Positions 28,144 through 40,660 of a stretch of 64,000 nucleotides of DNA are shown here, one piece after another (within the stretch, counting starts at the first letter, position 1; the number at the start of each line of letters is the position of its first letter). This DNA is from Azolla caroliniana (lineage: Eukaryota; Plantae; Polypodiophyta). The position numbers were made by a program, and so were the translations under genes. Location: assembly GCA_043228905.1 (NCBI GenBank), contig JBHGNT010000003.1, positions 9,858,001-9,922,000 of the forward strand, written 5' to 3'. A model generated the notes under the pieces. It was given only the letters and a program-made list of their open reading frames with translations, did no database searches and was not told the DNA's origin.

Positions 28144-28533
28144 GTCGGGCTCCCTTTTTTAATGAGTCGGGCTCCACATTATCAGTCGGGCTCCCTTTTT
28201 ACCAGAGTCGGGCTCCCTTTTTAATGAATGGGGCTCCCTTTTTTAATGAACATGAATGAGTCGGGCTCCCTTTTTACCAAAGTCGGGCTCCCTTTTTAAT
28301 GAGTGGGGCTCCCTTTTTTAATGAACAAGAATGAGTCTGGCTCCACATTAATCAGTCGGGCTCCCTTTTACCAGAGTCGGGCTCCCTTTTTAATGAGTGG
28401 GGCTCCCTTTTTTAATGAACAAGAATGAGTCGGGCTCCACATTGATCAGTCGGGCTCCCTTTTTACTAGAGTCGGGCTCCCTTTTTAATGAGTGGGGCTC
28501 CCTTTTTTAATGAACATGAATGAGTCGAGCTCC
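28144..28533. repeat. Internal higher-order array of GAGTCGGGCTCC motifs upstream of the transposase
   Basis: Many copies of (a/g)gtcgggctccc(t)n and gtggggctccc, spaced by ttttaatga(acaag). Confidence 0.95.
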
Positions 28534-28819
28534 ACACTAATCACATTGAGTCTTGTTATGTCTTTGAAGAAGATTGACATCGAGTCTTGTTATGTCTTTG
28601 AATAAGATTGACATTGAGTCTTGTTATGTCTTTCGTATTGTTTACAACAAGGACCGAAGCACTCTTTCTATATACTTACTCTTTCTACAACAACATTCTT
28701 TGATTACAACACTCTTTCTATATACTTACTCTTTCTTGGCCTTTCTCAAAAACCATTGCCGTGACTACTTGTCAATAAGCTATTAGTTTTATTCTTTTGA
28801 CACCCAAAACAATTCCAAT

Positions 28820-29240
28820 ATACAACCAAAATGATTTTCATATACAACCAAAATGAGATTCATACACAACCAAAATGAGATTCATATACAACCAAAATGC
28901 CATTCAAAAATTGATTCATATTCAACCAAGATGAGATTCATATACAACCAAAATGAGATTCAAAAATTGATTCATATTCAACCAATATGAGATTCATATA
29001 CAACCAAAATGATTTACATTGAGTCATATACAACCAAAATGATTTACATTGAGTCATCTACAACCAAAATGATTTACATTGAGTCATCTACAACCAAAAT
29101 GAGATTCATATACAACCAAAATGATTTACATTGAGTCATCTACAACCATTGCAATTTACATTGAGTCATCTACAACCAAAATGAGATTCATATACAACCA
29201 AAATGATTTACATTGAGTCATATACAACCATTGCAAAATG
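28820..29240. repeat. Minisatellite of 24-30-bp tacaaccaaaatga.. units downstream of the accessory gene
   Basis: Repeated tacaaccaaaatgagattcata and tacaaccaaaatgatttacattgagtcatc. Confidence 0.92.
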
Positions 29241-29251
29241 ACTCCACGTAG

Positions 29252-30770
29252 TCATATGCCCAAAGTCCTTCGTGCCCATTTTGCCATGATTTTCCGAAGG
29301 AGCTCCACGTCTTCGAATCCAAACCATTGCTCCTTACCCTACAATTGAAGATGCCATCAACAAAAACAAAAACAAATGCTCAAATTCAAATCTCATAAAT
29401 ACTTACAAATTGATCGGACTCAAATCCTTGAATCAACTCCTCGACCAACATGCGAATAGTTTGCATCACGTAATACCCACAATCGGTCCCATTAGGCTAG
29501 ATTAGTAACTACTAAACAAACATGATGTTAACTATTGATATCATGCCCCCAGCATAACAACATGCCTGGTGAACTTATTTCGTGCAGAGTTATCCCATGT
29601 TTTCGAGATTGTCCCTGGACCAACAAAGACAATCCCAATGTCTGCATCCTCATCTGTGTCAGATGATGTAATGAACTCCGAATTACATGGGTCCACTTCT
29701 TTCCTGCGGATTTGGATTTTCGGCCTCCTTGCTTGTTGCATTGTCGACTCTGACAGTTGGTCTTGACCACCATCGATCTCGACATGTGCCTCATCCTTTG
29801 GTATGGGAATTCCATGACTCTTACACTACAATTCATACATAAGATTCACACATAATCATAAGTTTTAAACTCACATAAGATGCACACAAAATCATAAACC
29901 ATACTTACATAATCTTTAGACGCATCCGCAATCTTCAACCTCACTTTTGCCATCCTATGCTCCTTTCCCTCGTCATACCTGGCCATTTGTTGGCTAACGA
30001 ATTGAGCAATGAAATCAGCCTCCTTGCATGTTCGAAGTGAGTCCGGAGTGGCTTTGAAGATTTTTATTGCTCTTGTCCTCAACTTCCTCATGTGTGATTG
30101 GCGTGATCTATTATACTTGAGCTCCGGATCCAAAAAACGATTTATTGATCGTTGTCTTTCGTATTCGCTGAAGAATGATGTGGCTGTACTCCTCATGGAG
30201 GTCGATTGCTCTTCTTCGTCTATCTTTAGCCCCCGAGGCAGTATTACATGGATGCCATGTGCCTTCTGTAAATGGGCCTCCATGTCCGCTTTTTTTCGAA
30301 ACCATCTCCCCTCTTTTCTACACGAATCTCCCACAATACAGGTGCGACATTTGATACCTGTTGAGTCTCTTCCACACTTGAAGAGGGACATAGGGTCCAC
30401 TACAACAATGGTGTCACATTTGCATTAGAAAAACCCAAAATATGCTTACATCAATAATGATTATAAGAATGGACATAAACTCACCATTTACTTTGATATC
30501 TTCAACACCTGGACCCACGTCATGCATGGGGTTCGTATCCATGCTCGAGTCTTGAGTAATGATGTTTTCAGCCTCCGTATCATTGGATTTGGGGCACCTA
30601 ACACCCTTTCTTACATAAACCCTAAACCAACATTCAAGTTAGCACACAAACATTATTATTTATACACAATATAAAGTAGAGAAATGATTCATGCCATACC
30701 TCCCTTCATAGGGTATTGTTTCACCCCAATCTGCATCAAAGTCTATGAAGATCTTGGACCGACTAGCCAT
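29252..30770 (-). pseudogene. Spliced transposon accessory gene: C2H2-like zinc finger plus truncated Ulp1/C48 peptidase C-terminus
   Basis: In-phase GT-AG exons 30770-30700 (MASRSKIFIDFD..), 30597-30485, 30399-29909 (C..C..WFRKKADMEAHLQKAH) and 29825-~29570. Downstream exons give PNGTDCGYYVMQTIRML (~29496-29409) and GKEQWFGFEDVELLRKIMAKW..* (~29338-29252). No His/Asp catalytic exons are seen. Confidence 0.72.
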
Positions 30771-30964
30771 CTGTACAAAACATTTTTAGAAAGGCATTCA
30801 TTACATTACTATTATTTAGGGAGAAAAAACGCAAAGAATGTATACAAAATTTTAGATTTGACATTCAAATGTGGGCATAAAAAAGAGCCCAATACTGCAT
30901 GAATCACATGGGCAAATTCAAGCATTCAAATGTTGGCATTTAAATGACATTCAAATGTTGGCAA

Positions 30965-31510
30965 AATCAAAATCATACATGTATTCAATCATACACAGCC
31001 CATGGAAGATCTTAAATGCACACATACATGTATTAAATCACAGCCTATAGAAGATCTTAAATACACACAAACATGTATTCAATCATACACATGCACACAC
31101 ATTCGCAGCCCATGGAAGATCTAAAATACACAAATACATGTATTCAATCATACACATGTATACACACACATTCCCAAATAAATGTATTCATCATACAACA
31201 AACACACACATTCACAGCCCAAAGAAGATCTTAAATACACACATACATGTATTCAACCATCACACACACAAATGTATTCAATCATACACATGTATACACA
31301 CACATTCCCAAATAAATGTATTCAATCATACAACAAACACACACATTCACAGCCCAAAGAAGATCTTAAATACACACATACATGTATTCAACCATCACAC
31401 ACAGAAATGTATTCAATCATACACACACATACATGTATTTAATCATACACATACACACACAAATGTATTGAATCATACACACATACATGTATTTAATCAT
31501 ACACACATTT
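30965..31510. repeat. Degenerate catgtattcaatcatacac tandem array in the presumed first intron of the accessory gene
   Basis: Includes a ~135-bp near-perfect duplication (31140-31275 vs 31275-31410); upstream donor-like ag|gtaggc near 31601 (- strand). Confidence 0.85.
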
Positions 31511-31729
31511 ATGGTACCTATTAGAAGCAACCCTAAACCTAATAGAAAGAATATGATACCTAATAAAAACCAAAACCTAATAGAAGGAATATGATGCCTA
31601 CCTCTGGACTGCAGGTGCTCGCAGTGCCTCACCGGAGATGTTTGCAACGAGTGCTCGCAGACAGGTGGTGTGCCTCGCTCAAAAACCCTAAACCCTCAAA
31701 CCCACGAATGACAGAAAATGACAGAAAAT

Positions 31730-31992
31730 GGGTTTTTATACTTCCTTGAACATGAATGAGAAGGGCTCCCTTTTGACAAAATGGAGCCATTCTTTAATGA
31801 GTCGGGCTCCAAGGGAGCCCTTCTTTAATGAGTCGGGCTCCAAGGGAGCCCTTCTTTAATGAGTCGGGCTCCATTTTGCTTGAATGGGTTTTTATACTTC
31901 CCTGAACATGAATGAGAAGGGCTCCCTTTCTGCGAAAAGGAGCCCTTCTTTAATGAGTCGGGCTCCATTTTGTATGAGCCGGGCTCCCTTTT
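31730..31992. repeat. Right array of GAGTCGGGCTCC / GGGAGCCC motifs
   Basis: Repeated ttctttaatgagtcgggctcc(aagggagccc). Confidence 0.92.
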
Positions 31993-32137
31993 TACGTGGC
32001 GCGCTTTTTCGCGCCTATTCCACATCCATCTTGGACGGTGGAGATCGAACGCGCCATCAGCGGTGCGACCTGCACCGTCCCTCTCCGCGATTCCCTCACT
32101 TGGCCTCTTTAATATTTGGTAGTAGTTAGACACCACG

Positions 32138-32325
32138 ACATACATAGCATAAATACATAACATAACATAACATAACATAACATAACATACATACATAACA
32201 TAACATACATACACATAACATGCATAACATAACATCCATACATAACATAGCATAACATACACTTCTTTGACTCACCCCCTTTCTTCTTCTTCTTCTTCTT
32301 CTTCTTCTTCTTCTTCTTCTTCTTT
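32138..32325. repeat. (CATAA)n/(CATA)n microsatellite followed by (CTT)n
   Basis: Directly visible. Confidence 0.95.
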
Positions 32326-33689
32326 TGTGTCTCTCTCCGTTTATTTTTATTTTTTACACCCACACAAATCAACATCAACAATAAATGTGTTTGAAACACG
32401 CACACAAACAAACAAATTTTACAAATCACAATTTATTTATTGTGGTATACTATCTACCACAGTAGGAAAGAGATGTACATATGTAGAGGGTTTAGGGTTT
32501 ATATGTATAGGATGAATTTGGGGGGAGGGGGGGGGGGGGGTGTATTTAGGCTTGTTATAGGATTTACAGTAACAACGAGCCTCTGGTGATTCGGGTAATA
32601 TGCTCGAGTTTTTTATGGTGATTCGTGGCATTCTTTCACAGGTTTGAATGTTTGTAACAAGATTGGAAATATATTTCTAGGATTTCGGAATTGCGGGGGC
32701 TTGGGGTCACAATTTACTTCGTTTCGTTCGTCGATGGCAGGTTGCGTATCAAGAAGATCCTCGGGAAAGCGATTGAGTTGTGGTTAGAGATGGGGGGGAA
32801 TGTTTTCTTACGTTGAGCTTGGAAGAAATAACAAACTTTACGACTGCAAACTACAGTATATATACCCGGGCTTCATTTTTTAACCGCTGATGAGGCCACA
32901 TTATTTGTACATCCTCGACTGGAAAATCGATTCATTTATGAATGTGCGATAAAAACTCTCGACAATCTCTTCGAGGGAACTTTTCTTCTTGTGTGAAAGG
33001 CTTGAGATATTTAGTCAAAGCTCCAGCAGTCGAACAAAATCTTGACCTCGATGAAACGTTGGGATTGGTTTCAAAATCCTTTGAAAATATCTCATTTCAG
33101 TATAAAGATGATCACCACTCCACACACTTGTGTTGTTTGTTCGTGGTTTGGGACACCATATATGATTGGGAACCATGGGCTAGCCTAGCGGTGATCATGG
33201 ATGAATATGCATTGCCTTAATTGTTGGGAGGTGAGGTTGATGTTTGTCATAATGTCATTGGTGCACGTCAGTTTCGCATTACATCATGGGTGCAGGTTCT
33301 AGATCCTTCCAAGGTTAATAATCCCTACTACGTATCACTCCATGAACAAACTTCATAAAAGCGAACTACTATATGATAGAATGGATATAGAATTGTCTCC
33401 ATTAATGCTTGTGACGCTTTGTTTCTGACACACGATTCCAAGGAGCCAACAATAACAAAACATTGTCTTGACTCACATTATCCATTTGGTGGGGCCAGAT
33501 AAATCGACATCCCTTTTCTTTCCACGGTTTTTCTTATTGAATTATCATACCAAACCATTAAAAAATAAAATTGACCTAAACCAAACCCATATGCAACGAA
33601 CATCTCACAAGGCACACACTCGAACATCTATTCATCTCTCCTCCAAACATGGACCCACATATTTTTTTCTGAAAATTTGATTTGTCTAT

Positions 33690-34930
33690 CTAACCTCTCT
33701 TTCCAATTGAATCCAAGTCTCAACTTAATGGAATTTGAGACTCTAGAAATTAATTACGAGATTCACAATAAGGAGCATTTGGTTATTAGAGATTCTTTTG
33801 AGCATTGGGGGCATTTCTTAGAAGGCTTTCCCCATCGGAGCATTTTCTATAATGATTCCAATAACGTAGCATATATTCCAAAATGCTCGAGTCTTACGTA
33901 GTTTGCAAGCTCGTTGGGCATGCTTTCTTATGCGTTTTGATTTTTTGATCATGTGTCGCCTATGAATGAAATAATGAAAGACAATTGCTTTATCTTGACA
34001 TTCTTATGTAGCACCTTGTCAAGGAGATCCCTCCTTCGACCATCAAAAGAACTTGTCCTCTTGGGTCTTGATCGTTTAGGATCAATGGCAACCAGTGTCT
34101 TAAAAGCCCCCACAAATTCAACTATTGTTTATTCCATTTGTATTGATCTTGTTGCAAATGAATTTGCCTAAGATGACTTGGATCATATTATTCCAAAGTT
34201 CAAACCATGCTTCTTGTTTGAGTTCTAAAGGTTTCCATCAATATTATATAACCAGTTCAATTGGTTTGACAAATTGTTTTTTCAAAATAATCTACTCTAT
34301 GTCCTTAATTGTCATTCTTGACTTTGAATATTATAACACTAACATGACATGCTAATGTTCATACATTGGAATTAATTTCTCAAAGCTATTGGTGGCCACA
34401 ACTTCATAAATTCATAGAGGACTACATTTGAAATTGTGATGCATGTTGTTCATCAACGTGTCTTTGACATCACCCATATGGTTACTGACTCTAACTCTTA
34501 CAAGTTCTGGATGGTTCATAGACATCTATCTCTTTGGATTTTGTTATCGGTCTTCCATCTTCCAAAGGTTTTGATATCATTCTTATTGTCGTGGATCAGT
34601 TCACTAAGATAACACATTTCCTTTCATGCACAAAGAGTATCATTAGTCAAGAGATAGTAGTTCTAGTTACATGTTAAGTTTTTTGGCATCATGGTCTTTT
34701 TATGACATCATTAGTGATCAAGGTCCAAAATTCATCTCTATATTTTTGGAGCATTTTCTTGGGCTCCTCCAAATTAATTGTAAACTCTATTTGGGTGGTT
34801 CTCATCTAGAGGTTGATGGGTAAACAACACATATTAATCAAACATTGGAATAATATCTTTTTTGTCTCATCAACTACCAATAGGATGATTATATTGACTA
34901 TTTTCATTTTTGTTGAGTTTCCTTACCATT
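33690..34930 (+). pseudogene. Decayed chromovirus pol remnant (RNaseH-integrase), same broad family as 1-1870
   Basis: EINYEIHNKEHLVI..FEHWGHFLEG; nucleotide similarity to the integrase at 250-700 (gacatcacccatatggttact, ccaaaggttttgatatcattctt). Confidence 0.75.
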
Positions 34931-35462
34931 TCTAGCAACAATGTGAATACGTCTATTAGAGACCCGTATTCGACAAACTTCTAGTCATTGTGGGGTTCCA
35001 CCTTAACAACATCAAGGTTTGTCTTCTAGTTGTTACTAACTTGCACCACCACTCAGATTGGGTGCCAAGTGCACTTGCTCTAATATTATCACTCAATATT
35101 AATTAACTTGAATTGAAAGTACTCAACTATATTAATAATCCAAGGTTTTGGTCTCAACGCTCGACATGCATATTTGTGACTTAACAATAAACATTCTCTC
35201 TCACTCACTCACACACACACACACACTCTCTCTCTCTCTTGGTGAAAACACACAATTATATTAATAAATGTGTGTAAAAAACACTACTTACAATGGGTGT
35301 GACAATGGAGTACGGTCACCCACTAACTACACTACATGGGTAGTGGAACATGTTGAATTGCCAATAGGCAAGACGAACACTGCACCGAGGAAAGAATTTC
35401 CACTTGCTCCAATAAAGAAAATTACCACATTAGTGCTCCCATCAACTTTCATAGATATGCTT

Positions 35463-36370
35463 TCACTCCATGTCTACCATCGAATACAAAAGCGTTGCGC
35501 ATATTCCAATTAGGGGTAAGTTCAATATTCCAGTTCCCCCCAAGCGCTTAGGGGTTGCTAGATGATTCCATGAAACCCAAGTGATTCCCATCTTATCCCT
35601 CTTCTTCCATAACAAATATCGAAGAGGTTGCAAAATAGAATGCAAATCCTTCTTTGTCCATGGCCACAATGGCAAGTAATATAATATCATGGGTTCCATA
35701 ATACATTGTACAACCCTCAAGCGTACATGAAATGAACAAGATTGTGATGTCCAATACATGAACTTATCCCTCAACTTACTAGACATCCATTGAATCAATT
35801 GACCATTTGTAACATTAATTCCCAATGGATAGCCCAAGTGTCGAAAAATAGAGCCTTTCTTTACCACGGATCCTTGCCATCCTAAACATTCTAAATCCCT
35901 TTCAGTACATGATATGAGACTAGACTTCCTCCAGTTAATATGTAATCCAGAAGCCAATGCAAATTGGTTCATACAAGCATCCCTTTCTCAAGATTCTCTC
36001 GTGAGGCTTGTAGAAACATGAAAGAATCATCAGCCAAATCTTGTGCTACCAGTTGCCATCTAGACGAAAGTTGTAGACCCACAATGTCACCATTTGTTGC
36101 AAGCCTTAATAACATCACTAACAAGGGATGAGTAACAATAGCAAACGACAATGGGCTAAGAGGGCATCCTTGAGGAACGAATCTTGTGAGGGCAATATCT
36201 GATCTAACTCCCCCATTAAGCATTACTCGAGACACTGCATCTTGTCCTAATAAAAATATGAGGCGAGACAGATGAGGTCCAAAGCCGATTACATGCATTA
36301 ACCCAGAAACAAAGCACCAATTAACATGATCATAAGCTTTCTCCAAATCTAATTGCACCATAATCAATTC
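35463..36370 (-). pseudogene. Decayed LINE RT fragment
   Basis: LDLEKAYDHVNW, QGCPLSP, LADD, SGLHINWRKS, HLGYPLG, PKRLGGTG; frameshifted. Confidence 0.88.
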
Positions 36371-36378
36371 TTGATGAG

Positions 36379-36422
<44 letters not shown>

Positions 36423-39400
36423 TAGTTAAACCACATATTTAAACTAATTGTATATAAAAACCACCATGACAATATTGTTGCCCATCGTCCCTTTATAGGG
36501 AGAGGGACATTCCCTAGTGCCCTCAAAAAGTTAAATACCGACATGATGAAACAACCCCTACATGTTCAAGCATCCACAATTGCCACATAAGATTCCTTTT
36601 AACTTTCTAATATATGCATTTACTCCACGTCAACAAATCAAACATTAAAGCATTTGCACGTATTCCAATTATACTATTGGAACATAATTCCCATCTCATC
36701 CTTTAGTCAATTTTGAAGATATTGGTTAAGGATCCATTGTCTAGGCATCATGTACCAAGAAGACAAAACTTGCCATATTCTAATAAATATTTCCAAATAG
36801 CATATGTAATAGGCATTGAATATTGTCTTCTAACGGAGCAATGCAAAAGAAACATTTGTCCTATGTTGACACTTTCCTCTTGAGGGCCAAGCCTAAAGAA
36901 AGGGCCCTTATTATCACTCTCCAAATGAATCCTTGGATTGAAATGGCAATTAAGAATACCAACTACACTATAACATTTTCCTTCACGCTATAATAGACTT
37001 CCATATATTCTACTCCCTTGTGCTTTAAATAGGAGCCATGAAAGTGATGCAATTAAATTATGATTTAACGTGTTAGCACTTAGCACTTAGCACTTACAAT
37101 ATGATACTACCCTTCAAACTATCCACCCAAGGTTGATGATTTGCCTTCAGAGGCAAACATCATTGTACTTTCTTTCTATCTCCCTCTCTTTGCACAAGTT
37201 TTGAAAAAGAAAGAGATAGATAAGGTTAAAACAATCAATATTAACTTGACTTGGTATCTACCCTTGAACCCAAAACCTTAGTTATGGTAGGGAATTAATG
37301 ATAATATACTATACATATTTACATAGTTGACTAACAATTAATTAAACATGGAGAAAAGGGGAGGAGGCAAGAGAGGGATGTTGTATGTTTGTTTTATTAG
37401 TTATATATAAATATAATATAGCTCTCCCATCTCCCCTTCCTCCACATTTATGTAATTATTGATAGACTTTGTACATAGTTATATACATAGAGTCGATTAT
37501 AATTTGTTGCATCCACGAAACTTCCAAGAATTTAACATTTGTTATAGCAAATGGATAAGAGAAATATTAATTAGCACCTCACCCTACTTACTAGTATTAT
37601 TATATTTTAAAATACATATAGCAAATATAACCTTTAAAAGAAATGTTTTCATATATACTCTACTTTAAAAATGACATGACATCTTTATTTACTTTTTAAC
37701 CTTGCTAACTATAGTTTGTGGGCAAAAAATGGGAAATCAATAGTCAATGTACAACATTGATTGGCATATGCAAGATGACTTTGTCTTGGATGCTGAAATA
37801 AAGTTTCGAGATTCATTCAATGATTTAAAGACATATTGTTATGGCATTTCTCCTTGTTAGAGAAATCTAAGAGGTTGACACAAGAGTTACGGATCTCAAG
37901 ACATATCCCATCTTATGGTATTGGTCCATAATAAATCCAAAGATGAGGGATATAGTGGGGTCATTGATGGGTTTTGGGGTGATCGATATGATTTTGCATC
38001 CATTTTCATTGTACTTCTATATTTCCTAATCAACACATTACTATTTACAGGGATAGGGAGAGATTGACTGATTTTGTCCCAGCTAACTACTACGGACAAA
38101 TTAGTAAATGATAGAGAGCATTGAAGGGAAAAAGTTACATAGAGTTAATAAGAGGGTGGTCACAAAGGACAGAAACAAATCAATAAATGATAGGAGTCAT
38201 TACTAATAAGGCAGAACAAACATATCAATTAATGATAAGGGTCATATATGGAACAATAAAAAAGGAACAATCACTAAATGATTGAAGTAATTGCATGGCT
38301 TTCCAGAAAACATACAACTATTTTTCATAAGAAAATTACATAAATGGCATTGGGTGCTCTAGTATAACAAATTGAATTTTAGATATTGTAAACTCAATCT
38401 ATATAATATTTATGAACTTTTATGCATTGCGACGACCATAGTATGAACCATATGTATAATTCGTGCATTCACAGACTACAGTCAAGAATGTTTCAATCAT
38501 TCGAGTATGGTAAACACCCTCAAAGTATGGTAAATACCATACTTTTGTATTCATTATTTAATATAAGGTAAATTTTTTAAGGTAAAAAATGTAAAAGCAA
38601 ACATAAGAATGTTTTGATAATATACGCATTCGTATGAAAACGAATGTTTGCCAATGCATTCAAGTATGTTACGTACTATGACGACGACTATAAAATGAAG
38701 GGTTTAATGTTATTGTAGTGATGATAAAGTTGATAAGTTGTAACTTATTAAATTGTCAAATTTATTGAATTGGGTGTATTTATATGTACATACGCGTGCG
38801 TGCGTGCTTGCACACAATTAGATGAAATTTGAAAAAAGCTAGCTTACTTGGGTCAATATCCAACACACATCAACAAGTGACTCCATTGTTGAGACCTACT
38901 TACACACCATCATGCCTTCACCTCCATAAATACTCCAAACCTCGTTGTCAATAGCTTTGCATAATACATATCCTCAATAATATTGCTTTTGAAGGTACAA
39001 TGAGCAATGTAAAGAAATGTCCTCAGAACTTCACCTAAAGGTAAGTTGTGGGGAATTACACAACAAGCATACCATAAGCATATGTGCTCCCACATCAACA
39101 AAACTAACAACGTTGGGTGTTCTTTAAAGGCATGCATAGAACGTAATAAACGTGTTCGTGCAAGCATCCAAACGTTTGAAAATGAACACGTTTAAAAAGG
39201 GAAAAATGTGTGTTCCTTTCTTTTCCCTTTTTTGTATTTTTTTTCAAGAGTGTGCCATTCCACCGACTATGCACACTTCAAAGTTGCTCCAAGGAGGCCA
39301 TTCCAAAGCCTCCGCAACAATTCCTACTCTGCCATTCAGTTTTAATAGAAGAGCTGCAGAGCTTCAACAATGGCCTACATCAGATCAAATCATGACTTTA

Positions 39401-39989
39401 TGTGATGATGAAGGGAACATCATGATAAAAAAAACCATCAAAAACCTTAATAACGTTTATGATAGCAGCCTATTACATTTTGATTTAATTATTCGGAGCG
39501 CTAAGGCTAGATTAATCTCACAACAAGATTATACCTCTAATAATGATGCTTCTAATCACATGCATCACCAATCCATGAATCTATCGACGCCATTATGGTC
39601 ACAAAATGGCATTCAATCCAATGTTCTAGCGATTTGTATGTTATCAGCATTTAATATTCATGTTATCTCCCCCGATGTTATTAACTCGACGTCAAGAACA
39701 AGCGTTGTATCAGGTTTCTGGTTTGCTCTTCAGCCTATTTGATCCAAATCATTTGTTAGAAGAGGTCCCAAAACCATACTTGAGAATAAGGTATTCGCTA
39801 GATGTAGACATTCTAATTTATTTGTATATGTGAATTAATCTTTATGCATATGCAATAGAAATCACAATAAATTTTCTCAGTGATACACCCAATCTAATTT
39901 ATTTATATATGTGAGTTAATCTTTTTGGATGCATTTGCTTGAACCTAATAAAAAAATCTACCTACATAATAAGAAGGGAGTTCAGTCAA

Positions 39990-40660
39990 TATTCTAATGC
40001 TATCTGATGTAGCTAGTTAGCTATAGTGTGGTAGCTAATTAGTTATGATAATATTCTAATGTACCTAATTAGCCATGATCATATTCTGATGTAGCTAATT
40101 AGCTATGATCATATTCTGGTGTAGCTAATTAGCTTTGGCCAATAGCTAGTTAGTTATGATCATATTCTGATGTAGCTAATTAGTTATGATCATATTACGA
40201 TGTAGCTAATTAGCTATGATCATATTCTGATGTAGCTAATTAGCTTTGGCCACTAGCTAGTTAGTTATAATCACATTCTGATGTAGCTAATTCACTTTGG
40301 CCAGTAGCTAGTTAGCTATTACCAGTAGCTAGTTAGCTATGCTCACATTCTGACGTAGCTAATTAGCCATTATAATATTTTGATGTAACTAATTACCTAT
40401 GATCATATTCTAATGTAGCTAATTAGCTTTGGCTGGTAGCTAGTAGCTATTGCTAGTAGTTAGTTAGCCATTGCCATCTGGTTTAAGCTAATTAGCTATG
40501 ATCATATTCTGATGTAGTTAATTAGCTTAGGTCAGTAGCTAGTTAGCTAATTAGCTACTTCCAAACTAAATTAGCCTTGATTATGACTGAATGTAGCTAA
40601 TCATCTATGTCCTGATGTAGATAGAAGCTCAAGCCACTAGTTATTGCAGCTAATTACCTA
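39990..40660. repeat. Satellite-like array of ~30-bp units built on the palindrome TAGCTAATTAGCTA
   Basis: Repeated catattctgatgtagctaattagctatgat and tagctagttagct variants. Confidence 0.92.

Larger units (their letters stand above)
24437..32137 (-). mobile_element. Mutator-like (MULE) DNA transposon without obvious TIRs, with transposase, Ulp1/C2H2 accessory gene and GAGTCGGGCTCC arrays; ends approximate
   Basis: Contains a MULE DDE ORF. The same 12-mer motif arrays occur at both ends (left array in opposite orientation) and internally. Both ends abut CATA-type microsatellite. Confidence 0.75.

Noticed and set aside
28144-29240. CRISPR-like appearance of the regularly spaced repeats
   Set aside because: Spacers are themselves repetitive, there are no cas genes, and the context is a eukaryotic transposon.
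24437-32137. Classification as CACTA, Helitron or Zisupton/KDZ
   Set aside because: No paired CACTA TIRs, no Rep/helicase and no KDZ CxC domains seen; the catalytic motifs (D..D..CxxH..TxNxxE plus SWIM) fit MULE.
31138-32515. His/Thr-rich, MLCYV and poly-Lys/Ser ORFs
   Set aside because: Derived from simple repeats.
34940-35460. Possible solo LTR
   Set aside because: LTR-like composition, but I could not establish both TG/CA ends with a TSD.
39152-39742. 196-aa ORF as a host gene
   Set aside because: Non-ATG start, no recognisable motif or splice structure.
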